NCBI GenBank assembly: GCA_045863395.1
Contig: BTVJ01000014.1
Location: forward strand, 52,472 to 116,471
Length of the DNA: 64,000 nucleotides
Reading direction: 5' to 3'
From: Myxococcales bacterium
GTDB lineage: Bacteria; Myxococcota_A; UBA9042; JABWCM01; BTVJ01
Below, piece after piece: positions 1-7,352 of the stretch; positions within the stretch are counted from its first letter, which is position 1; each line of letters begins with the position of its first letter. A program made the position numbers and the translations under genes. Below the pieces are notes generated by a model, which saw only the letters and a program-made list of their open reading frames with translations, did not search any database and had not been told where the DNA came from.

Positions 1-1219
1 AGTCCGTGCCGTCGATGCCGGCAACCCCGCACGAGCCGGTCAGCGGGTCACACACATCGAGGGTGCAGACGTTTCCGTCGGCCGTGCACGTCGTTGGCGC
101 GCCCGGCAGGCAGGCGCCAGCGAGGCAGGCGTCGCCGGTGGTGCAGAGATCGCCGTCCTCGCACGGCGTCCCATTGTCGGGGACCTGGCTGCACGCGCCG
201 GTCTGCGGGTCGCACACGCCGGCCGTGCAGGGGTTGCCGTCCTCGCTGCACGACAGCGGGGTGCCCGGCTCGCACGCGCCGGCGGCGCAGGCGTCGTTGA
301 GGGTGCAGGCGTTGCCGTCGTCGCAGGGGCCCGGGGCGGCCACGCCGCAGAGCCCCGTGGCGGGGGTGCAGACGTCTGCGGTGCAGGGGTTGCCGTCGTC
401 GGGGCAGGTGACGGGGGCGCCCGGGGCGCAGGCGCCTGCGGAGCAGGTGTCGCCGAGCGTGCAGGCGTCGCCATCGTCGCAGGGCGCGCCGTTGACGAAG
501 GGCAGGCCGCAGAGGCCCGTGGCCGGGGCGCACACGTCCACGGTGCACACGTCGCCGTCGTCGGGGCAGGTGACCTCCGCGCCGGCGCAGCCGCCCGCGC
601 CGCACACGTCCCCGGTCGTGCACAGGTCGCCGTCGTCGCACGGCAGCCCCGGGGCGGCCGTCCAGCCGACGGGGTCTGTCGCGAGCGCGCACACGAGGCA
701 CGGGTCGTCCGCCTTGGTGGCGCCGTCGGCGACGCAGAGCCCGCCGATGTCGCACTTGTCGGGGCAGGTGCAGGCGTTGATTGCGGTGGGGACGCTCGCC
801 GGGTTCAGTGGATCGGTGCCGTTGAGCGCCTCGCAGGTGTCGGGGAACCCGTCGTCGTCGTCGTCCGGGTCGCAGCCGTTGTGCAGGCCGTCGAGATCCG
901 GGTCGTTCTGGGCGAGCAGCGCCGTCACCCCCTCGTCACCGCTCAGCTTCACGAGGCGTATCAAGATGATCTGCTGTACGTCGAGCACGTTGATCTTGCC
1001 GTCGCACTGGAGGTCCACGTCCGCGTCGGGCAGCGACTGGCAGGGCGGGTCCGCCTCGCCCTGCGCGTTGGCCAGGGTCGCCAGGATGTAGCAGTTGACG
1101 TCGCTGACGTTGACCAGCTCGTCGCCGTTGATGTCCCCGGTGTGCAGGGGCAGGGCGAGAGCGGGGGCGGTCATCGCTGCAATGGCCGCGAGGACGTACA
1201 GAGGGGTGCGCAGGGACAT
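1..1219 (-). CDS. secreted dockerin-like / thrombospondin-type-3-like / cysteine-rich-repeat protein (3' end runs off the window)
   Basis: Absent from the ORF track because there is no stop inside the window. Reverse translation from ATG at 1219-1217 gives MSLRTPLYVLAAIAAMTAPALA (signal peptide). Next come DINGDELVNVSDV...DGKINVLDVQQI (dockerin-like pair) and DPDLDGLHNGCDPDDDDDGFPD (TSP3-like). Repeated PCDDG(D/N)xCTxxDxCxxGxC units then run to position 1. Confidence 0.75.
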   Translation of the reverse strand, partial: MSLRTPLYVLAAIAAMTAPALALPLHTGDINGDELVNVSDVNCYILATLANAQGEADPPCQSLPDADVDLQCDGKINVLDVQQIILIRLVKLSGDEGVTALLAQNDPDLDGLHNGCDPDDDDDGFPDTCEALNGTDPLNPASVPTAINACTCPDKCDIGGLCVADGATKADDPCLVCALATDPVGWTAAPGLPCDDGDLCTTGDVCGAGGCAGAEVTCPDDGDVCTVDVCAPATGLCGLPFVNGAPCDDGDACTLGDTCSAGACAPGAPVTCPDDGNPCTADVCTPATGLCGVAAPGPCDDGNACTLNDACAAGACEPGTPLSCSEDGNPCTAGVCDPQTGACSQVPDNGTPCEDGDLCTTGDACLAGACLPGAPTTCTADGNVCTLDVCDPLTGSCGVAGIDGTD

Positions 1220-1316
1220 GGGGTCCTCCCAAGGTGACGGGTGCGCCCAGCATAGACCGCGGGGGAGGAAGGGGACAAGGGATTGCTTGCGGTGCCGGGT
1301 GCGTTAGGATGCGCCG

Positions 1317-2006
1317 ATGGCACCACCGAGGAAACCGAAGCTGCGCACCGTGCTCCTGATCGGGGGCGCCCTGGGCCTCGCCGGCGCCGCGCTCGTCGCA
1401 GGGGCCAACGCGTGGGTGCTCACGAGCGGTGGGGAGATCTTCGAAGCCCCCCCGTCCGTGCCCCCCCGCACCGTCGCCATCGTGCCCGGCGCGCGCGTGC
1501 TGCGGGACGGGACCCCGATGCCGGCCCTGGAGGACCGCCTGCTCGCGGCCCTCGCTCTGTGGCGGGCGGGGACCGTGAAGCGCATCCTCGTGTCCGGCGA
1601 CCACGGCACGACGGGCTACGACGAGGTCAACGGCATGCAGCGCTGGCTCGTCGAGCGCGGCGTGCCCACCGAGGCAATCTTCCTCGACCACGCGGGGCTC
1701 CGCACCCTCGACACCATGGCCCGGGCCGCGAGCGTGTTCCAGGTCAGAGACGCGGTGGTGTGCACCCAGCGCTTCCACCTCCCAAGGGCGCTGTTCCTCG
1801 CGCGGCACCATGGCATCGACGCGGTGGGCCTCGTCGCCGACCGCCGCGAGTACGTGGACGCCCGCCGCGACGCGCTGCGCGAGGTGGTCGCCCGCACCCG
1901 CGCGGCGGCGGACGTCGTCCTCGGGGTGGGCCCCCGCCACCTGGGCGACCCCATCCCCATCGACGGGAGCGCGTCGGCTTCGCATGATCGGTGGAGCCAG
2001 CGGTGA
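1317..2006 (+). CDS. sanA: SanA/YdcF (DUF218) family membrane protein
   Basis: 229-aa ORF. N-terminal TM segment (LLIGGALGLAGAALVAG) followed by a DUF218-like core: AIVPGARVLRDGTPMPALEDRL, ILVSGDHGTTGYDEVNGM, TQRFHLPRA. Confidence 0.85.
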   Translation: MAPPRKPKLRTVLLIGGALGLAGAALVAGANAWVLTSGGEIFEAPPSVPPRTVAIVPGARVLRDGTPMPALEDRLLAALALWRAGTVKRILVSGDHGTTGYDEVNGMQRWLVERGVPTEAIFLDHAGLRTLDTMARAASVFQVRDAVVCTQRFHLPRALFLARHHGIDAVGLVADRREYVDARRDALREVVARTRAAADVVLGVGPRHLGDPIPIDGSASASHDRWSQR

Positions 2007-2079
2007 GCCGAGAGGCTGCTCCAGGGCGCCCCTGGGGGCGGGCGGCCTTCACCCTGTCGGTCGGCTCCTGATCAATCCC

Positions 2080-2175
2080 TCAGCCAGTCCTGGAGCTCGA
2101 GCCCCGGGATCCGCCGAGGACCTCCTCCCGGCCGCGCATGAGGGCGATTCACCCGTACGAGTCCAGCAGCCTCAC
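2080..2175 (-). pseudogene. vapC (PIN toxin) remnant with in-frame TGA, truncated
   Basis: A GTG overlaps the upstream antitoxin stop (CTGTGA). It reads VRLLDSYG*IALMRGREEVLGG...*. If the TGA was TGG, this gives LLDSYGWIALMRG, like the PIN N-terminal motif (L/V)DTSxWIxxLRG. Only about 31 codons remain before the sanA 3' end. Confidence 0.35.
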
Positions 2176-2393
2176 AGGTCGCCGTCCCGTCCCGGCGTGC
2201 GCGCCGCGTAGATGTCGGCCACCTCGTCCTCGAACGAGCGGTCTGACGACCAGCCCCCCGCCAGGGCCCGCCAGGCCTCGACGTGCGCACGGGCGCGCTC
2301 CTCCGCCGTCTCCATTGCCGCGAGCCCTCTCTCGATGAGGAGCAGGGCCTCCTGGTTGATGCTCCGGCGCTCCGATCCTGGATGCCACGGCAC
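2172..2393 (-). CDS. ribbon-helix-helix (VapB/FitA-like) antitoxin
   Basis: C-terminal part of track ORF 2172..2516. RSINQEALLLIERGLAAMETAEE is RHH-like, and the tail WRALAGGWSSDRSFEDEVADIYAARTPGRD is typical of VapB-type antitoxins. Start set at the in-frame GTG at 2393, just downstream of the preceding gene's stop (2408). Confidence 0.55.
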   Translation of the reverse strand: MPWHPGSERRSINQEALLLIERGLAAMETAEERARAHVEAWRALAGGWSSDRSFEDEVADIYAARTPGRDGDL

Positions 2394-2407
2394 GCCGGCG
2401 CCGCCGC

Positions 2408-3220
2408 TCAGGCCAGCGCGGGCTGCTCCGCTGGAGCGGGGGCCGGGGCGGGCTTCGGCGCCGTCTTGGGCTTTGCATCCACCGCGTGGAGCGCCGGGAA
2501 GCCGACCTGCGCCCACGGCTCGTGCCGGAGGAGCCAGAGGGCCGCGGACCGGACCTCGTCGTAGCTCAGTCGCAGCAGCGTGAACACGCGCTCGGGGAGG
2601 TCGGCGGGCGTGCCCGGCAGGCGGACGCCCGCGATGGTCGCGAGGATCTCGTCGCCGTCGCGTCGCGCGTCGCTGGCGTCCGTCGCTTGCCAGTACTTCG
2701 TGTCACCTTCGAGCATCGAGCGGTGCGCGTCGTACAAGACCGCGAGGCGCTGCAGGTCCATGGCCAGGTCCGTGTGTCCGCCGCCCGACCGGATGGACGC
2801 GATCTCCGCCCCGGTCTCTGCCAGGTCCCCGAGATAGTACGTGGCGGCGGCCAACATGCGCGACCGCCGGGAGACTGCCTCCTCCACCAGCTTCACCGGC
2901 AGCTTGGCGCTCGTCGCGACGGCGTCCGCCTGCAGCGCCTGCTGATACAGGTGAACGGCCGCCCACCCCAGATCTGCGAGGCGCGCCAGGTGAACCGGCG
3001 AGAGCTCGGCGGGCGGCAGCGCGGCAAACCGCGCCGCCAGCGCATCGTCCTCGGTGACCCGCCGCGCCACCCCGATGGCGCGGAGCCCTGCGTTCAGGAG
3101 CCCCGCCGTGATCCGCTGCACCTCCCCCGGTGCCAGAGCCTCCGCCGCCTCCCGCACCGCTGCCAGCGCCGCCTCGCCCCGCGCGGGCGTGTACTCCAGC
3201 TCCACCGCGTCCGTCGTCAT
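2408..3220 (-). CDS. hypothetical protein (270 aa, helical, Pro/Ala-rich tail)
   Basis: Track ORF 2408..3664 trimmed to MTTDAVELEYTPARGE at 3220, preceded by GGGAGGCGATCC (RBS). The upstream extension is low-complexity S/R/P. No motif recognised. Confidence 0.6.
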   Translation of the reverse strand: MTTDAVELEYTPARGEAALAAVREAAEALAPGEVQRITAGLLNAGLRAIGVARRVTEDDALAARFAALPPAELSPVHLARLADLGWAAVHLYQQALQADAVATSAKLPVKLVEEAVSRRSRMLAAATYYLGDLAETGAEIASIRSGGGHTDLAMDLQRLAVLYDAHRSMLEGDTKYWQATDASDARRDGDEILATIAGVRLPGTPADLPERVFTLLRLSYDEVRSAALWLLRHEPWAQVGFPALHAVDAKPKTAPKPAPAPAPAEQPALA

Positions 3221-3477
3221 GGATCGCCTCCCGTGTCGAGCGGGCGCCCGTCCCCCAACCCTAGGGGACCCGCCCGCTCCGCCTTTGACTTCGGTCGCCG
3301 AGTGTGCGTCGGTACGGTTGAAAAGGCAAGCTCCCATTGGGCGTGCGGATGGGGGACGATCCGAGCATGGTTCCGAACGATCCCAACCCTTGCGCAGAGG
3401 GTCCAGCCACCCTTCGGTGCAGCGCGTGCTTCGCGGGGGAGCCACGGAGGGCCGCAGCGGACGATCCGCTGGCGCGC

Positions 3478-3506
3478 TTGACAGCGGTCGGCGCGGCGCC
3501 GACGAT
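3478..3506 (+). promoter_or_regulatory. possible sigma70-type promoter upstream of mazEF (TTGACA-N17-GACGAT)
   Basis: TTGACA at 3478-3483 and GACGAT at 3501-3506, about 65 bp upstream of the antitoxin start. Confidence 0.3.
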
Positions 3507-3569
3507 GATTCGAGGCCGCTGGCACTGTACCTGCTGGAAGCTGACGCCGAGGGTCCAAGGAGAGCCGCC

Positions 3570-3797
3570 GTGCTGAAGTCCGTGCGCGCCATCGTAGACG
3601 AAGAGGGGACCGTCCGAGTCCTGGAGCCGATGAAGCTCGACCGCCCGACGATGGCCATCCTCACACTCCTCGACGACGGAGACGCTGCTGAGTCGGTCTC
3701 TCATCCAGAGACCGCCATCCTGAGCGAGATAGCCCTCGATGACTGGAACAGGCCGGAGGAGGACGAGGCATGGGCGCACCTGCAGCCGGATCGGTAG
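3570..3797 (+). CDS. antitoxin partner of MazF/PemK toxin (DUF104-like N-terminus)
   Basis: In-frame GTG at 3570 preceded by AAGGAG. VLKSVRAIVDEEGTVRVLEPMKLDRPTMAILTLL resembles AF2212/DUF104 antitoxins. Acidic tail ETAILSEIALDDWNRPEEDEAWAHLQ. Overlaps the toxin gene by 28 nt. Confidence 0.65.
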   Translation: MLKSVRAIVDEEGTVRVLEPMKLDRPTMAILTLLDDGDAAESVSHPETAILSEIALDDWNRPEEDEAWAHLQPDR

Positions 3798-4105
3798 TCC
3801 TGCTCCCGTTTCCCTTCTCCGACCTGTCACACTCCAAGCGGCGTCCAGCGGTCGTTCTTGCGAGCGTCGGGCAGGGTGACTGCGTGCAGGTGACGAGCAA
3901 CCCCTATGGAGCTCCCCATGCCATCTCCAATGCCGACGGCGACCTCGCCGAGGGCGGCCTGCACCACGAGAGCTTCGCGCGCCCCGGCAAGCTCTTCACG
4001 GCGAGCGAGAGCCTCTTCGTTGCGACACCTGGCCGGCTCCGACCCGCGAAGCATGGGGAGGTGATCGACGCCGTGGTCGGCCTTCTGCGCTTCGGGGCGC
4101 ACTGA
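3770..4105 (+). CDS. mazF: MazF/PemK-family type II toxin (mRNA interferase)
   Basis: 111 aa. GSVVLLPFPFSDLSHSKRRPAVVLA and ESFARPGKLFTASESL are characteristic of the PemK/MazF fold. Confidence 0.85.
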   Translation: MGAPAAGSVVLLPFPFSDLSHSKRRPAVVLASVGQGDCVQVTSNPYGAPHAISNADGDLAEGGLHHESFARPGKLFTASESLFVATPGRLRPAKHGEVIDAVVGLLRFGAH

Positions 4106-4135
4106 ACGTCCGTCGCGAGGGAGGGTCAACCCGGC

Positions 4136-4433
4136 GCCCGGTGGGGGACCGCGCCTTCGGAACGGTAGGGACCGTTCCAGAGGATCGCGAGCGCTCTCCG
4201 CGCACGGTGGGGACCGTTCCGCAAGACCACCAACGCCCTCCGCGAACGGTGGGGACCGTTCTGCAAGACCACCAACGCCCTCCGCGAAGGGTCCCCACCG
4301 TCCCTTGAACCGTTTCAAGCACCCTCCGCCACCCTCTGGAACGGTGGGGACCGTTCCCCGGACGTGCCCTGGGAACGGTGGGGACCGTTGTGTAGGGCAG
4401 GTTGACCACCTCCGCGAACGGTGGGGACCGTTC
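4136..4433. repeat. phased array of 18-bp palindromes GAACGGTGGGGACCGTTC (7 copies plus 1 degenerate), about 42-bp period
   Basis: Copies start at 4160, 4202, 4244, 4286 (loop inverted, degenerate), 4339, 4373 and 4416, with a degenerate copy near 4137. Most are preceded by CTCCGC. Units at 4202 and 4244 are near-identical 42-bp tandem duplicates. Confidence 0.9.
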
Positions 4434-4515
4434 GCCGGTCCTTCCGGTCAGCCCCCCGTCCAGGGCGCCCACGCCGCCATTGACCCGGCGGGCGGCCGCT
4501 TGCTACAACCGGGCG

Positions 4516-5794
4516 ATGAGCACCGCCTACCATGCGCGCTACGGAGCGCTGGAGCTGCGGCGCCGGGGGGTCTCGGGGGAGGTCGAGGCCCTCGGCTCCG
4601 CCCTGTTCGACGCGCGCGTCGACCTGAACCCGCACCAGATCGAGGCCGCCCTGTTCGGGCTCCGCGCCACGGCAGAGAGCGGCCGGCTCCTCGCCGACGA
4701 GGTGGGCCTCGGCAAGACCATCGAGGCGGCCCTCGTGCTGTGCCAGCGGTGGGCCGAGCGCCGGCGCCGGCTCCTCGTGGTCTGCCCCGCCGCCATCCGC
4801 AGGCAGTGGTGCGCCGAGCTGGAGTCGAAGTTCGGTCTGCCCGTCCGCTTGGTGGAAGGCCGCTCCGACGCCAACCCCTTCGACGTGCCCGCCGTGGCGG
4901 TCGCCTCGTACCCCTACGCGGCGCGCCGTGCCTCGGACCTCGCCGCCGTGCCGTGGGACCTCGTGGTCTTCGACGAGGCGCACCGCCTGCGCAACGCCTG
5001 GAAGAGCGACAGCCGCCAGTCGGCGACGCTGCTCTCCTCCCTTGCGGCGGCGCCCAAGCTGCTGCTGACGGCGACCCCGCTCCAGAGCTCGCTCCTCGAG
5101 CTCTACGGGCTCGTCAGCGTGCTCGACCCCCACGTCTTCGGCGACGTGGATGCCTTCAAGGCCCGCTTCGTGAAGGGCCGCCCCGACCTCGCCGCCCTGC
5201 GTGAGCGTTTGCGCGGCGTCTCCAGCCGCACGCTGCGCCGCTCCGTGCTGCCCTACATCCAGTACACGAGCCGCCGCTCCCTCACTGAGCGCTTCCGGTC
5301 GTCTCCCGAGGAGCGCCGTCTCTATGGGGCCGTCTCCGAGCTCCTCGCCCGCGACGCCCTCCTCTGCCTGCCTCGCTCGCAGCGGGCGCTCGTGACCATG
5401 GTGCTCCGCAAGCTCCTGGCCTCCTCGTCGGCGGCGATCGCGTCGGCGCTCGGCACCCTGCGGGACCGACTGCATGCGCAGCAGGCCCCCGACCCGGCCG
5501 CCTTCGACGACGAGGGCCTCGACCCCGAGTGGGCCGACGTGGTCGAGGAGCCCGACGCGCCGCAGGAGGCCACTGCCGAGCGCGTCGCCCGCGAGATCGA
5601 GGAGCTGGATGGCCTCGTGGCGCTGGCCCGCTCCATCGGCACCGACCAGCGCATGCGGGCCTTGCTGCGGGGGCTTCGCCGTCGAGGACGAGGTCCGCGC
5701 CCGCCGCCGCGAGCTCCTCGACCGCATTGAGAAGCAGCTCGCTAAGGCCAGCGAGCGGATGCCCGTGGTCACCGTCGCGTTCACCGTCGTCTGA
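4516..5794 (+). pseudogene. SNF2-family helicase remnant (N-terminal ATPase lobe only; internal deletion plus frameshift)
   Basis: From MSTAYHARYGALELRR: motif I ADEVGLGKTIEA, Ia LLVVCPAAIRRQW, II LVVFDEAHRLRN, III LLLTATPLQSSLLELYGL. Motifs IV-VI are absent. The frame decays into RRRGRGPRPPPRAPRPH* at 5730. The next frame reads a plausible C-terminal tail, FAVEDEVRARRRELLDRIEKQLAKASERMPVVTVAFTVV*, ending at 5794. Confidence 0.6.
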
Positions 5795-5970
5795 CCCCGT
5801 GTGCGGGGCGAGGGGATGTGCTCCCCGGGGGACGGGCCGCGTCTGACCCCGCGTGCGGGGGGAGGAGAGCCCAAGCCAGGGGAGAACGCGGTTGCGCCAA
5901 TACCCACCGCTGGGCTATGAATGGGCGGGGCCGTTGCCAAAGAACCACCGGATCGGGCAGGGGGCAGACC

Positions 5971-6465
5971 GTGGAAGAACCCGTCAGCTCGGTTGGAGTC
6001 GACGCGGAGGGGCCGGCGACCCCTCTGCGTGTGAAGGCAGTCCTCGATGCCTTCCAGGGGATCGAGCGACTCGCGACCGAACAGATATCGGTCATCGGGA
6101 GCACTGTCGTACACAGCCCCGTGCTGCGGGTCGGTCGGTCGTCAGACAAGCGGCGAGCGCACTGGGCCGCACGCATCAAGGTCTACGGCGAGCTGCTGGA
6201 CGTGCCGGCAGTCGAGTCCACCAGACCGAAGCTCATCCAGGCTCTGGACCAGGGGCGCACCGTCGCAGCGCGCATACACGCACGCTGGGTGCGGGCCGAC
6301 GACGAGTCCTGGGCCATCGACCTGGCACACTCGCGGATCACCGAAGTGACCGACTCCGAGCGCGTCCAGGCCGAGCCAGGCACCTGGAGCACATTGCCCG
6401 GCGTCATCTCGCAGTCGCGGGTAGCGCAGCTCCTGGCGGAGGAGGCAGCCGAGTGGGACGGGTAG
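5971..6465 (+). CDS. hypothetical protein, possible antitoxin-like partner of the downstream PIN stub
   Basis: Later part of track ORF 5818..6465 (VEEPVSSVGVDAEGPATPLRVKAVLDAFQGIERL...AQLLAEEAAEWDG). The start is uncertain (GTG 5971 or ATG 5917). Its stop overlaps the PIN-like start by 13 nt. Confidence 0.5.
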   Translation: MEEPVSSVGVDAEGPATPLRVKAVLDAFQGIERLATEQISVIGSTVVHSPVLRVGRSSDKRRAHWAARIKVYGELLDVPAVESTRPKLIQALDQGRTVAARIHARWVRADDESWAIDLAHSRITEVTDSERVQAEPGTWSTLPGVISQSRVAQLLAEEAAEWDG

Positions 6466-6551
6466 CCATCGACAGCAATGTCCTCATTCGGGCGCTGGCC
6501 GCGATGCCCATGGATGTCGCGGCCGTTGATCACGTTACGTCTGCCTGCGTG
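6453..6551 (+). pseudogene. PIN-domain toxin 5' stub (truncated)
   Basis: GTG at 6453 reads VGRVAIDSNVLIRALAAMPMDVAAV, where (I/V)D(S/T)NVLIR is a classic PIN N-terminus. The plausible reading ends where the convergent low-GC endonuclease gene stops (6552). Confidence 0.4.
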
Positions 6552-7352
6552 CTACGTGGAGACCCTTCGATAGGTGTCAAGGTCGACGCTCGATATCTCG
6601 CCCCGTGGAACGAGTTTGTAGTGACGCTCGTCCACCATTCGAACATCCTCTCCATCAATGGTGAGTTCGAACAAGGCGAGCAACTGGTCCTCGATGAACT
6701 GTGCTCCAACCGGACGACAGATCAGTGACGGAAACTTCTCCAAGCAGCAGCGGACATCCTGCTTCGTTTGAACAGCACCGAGCTGGTCCGAGCCTCCCTT
6801 GGCTTGAATGGGAATGACGAACTGTCTGCCGTGCTTGTCCACGCCCACATAGACTTCGTCAATCTCAATCTGTCCAATCCCTTTGACGGTCGTGCGAAGA
6901 TGATTCTGGAGAGAGTACGTGGCAAGACCAAGAAACAGGTCAATCAACCGATTGTATCGAACCACGGCCAGCAGCGCCTGCTCATCCGAAAGGGAGTATT
7001 GAGAGATGATTTCGGGAGTGGCATTGGGAATCTAGATCGGTTGAAGCAATGGATTCGGTCGGATTCGGTTGATCGGGACGAGACGGAACGTGTAGGTAGA
7101 ACGGCCAGTGCCCTCGATGACCCACACCTTCCCTGCGGGTTGCGTTGCAGTGATCGTAGCGGGCATCGCCGCTCGATATCGAATAGAGTACAGGACGTCA
7201 CCCAGGTTCTTCGGAAGCTCGATCCCAAGCGTGACGGCGGCAGCAACGAGGTCTTGCCGGTGAAATGGGACATCCTCGCAGCCGGGCGTGTAGGAGTCCC
7301 GGAATACCTTCTCGACCAGCGCCACATACCGATTCCGAGTGCTGCTACCCAT
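6552..7352 (-). pseudogene. type II restriction endonuclease (PD-(D/E)xK-like) interrupted by one in-frame TAG
   Basis: Track ORFs 7032..7607 (real part from MGSSTRNRYVALVEK at 7352) and 6552..6965 are in the same frame. They are separated only by TAG at 7034-7032: ...NPLLQPI*IPNATPEIISQYSLSDEQALLAVVRYNRL.... Motif IEIDEVYVGVDKHGRQFVIPIQAKGG (D...E/Q-x-K). The start overlaps the methyltransferase stop by 8 nt. Confidence 0.6.

Noticed and set aside
6-1091. 361-aa + strand ORF (and 936..1985 -, 1283..1987 +) at the window start
   Set aside because: They are mirror or off-frame readings of the Cys-repeat gene (minus strand) and of sanA. The Ser/Pro/His/Gln-rich repeats simply reflect the complementary strand of the CDDG..C repeats.
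2408-3664. Long N-terminal extensions of track ORFs (2408..3664, 3054..3797, 12042..14060, 15190..16734, 18163..19992, 26728..28959, 44100..45554, 44732..45997, 56268..61874, 62953..63729)
   Set aside because: The extensions are low-complexity, overlap neighbouring genes and lack RBSs. Internal starts with Shine-Dalgarno sequences and signal peptides or family-typical N-termini were preferred.
4136-4433. CRISPR array interpretation of the palindrome array
   Set aside because: The repeats are only 18 bp. The spacers are 16-35 bp and some are near-identical to each other (true tandem duplication). One copy is inverted. No cas genes or leader are present in the window.
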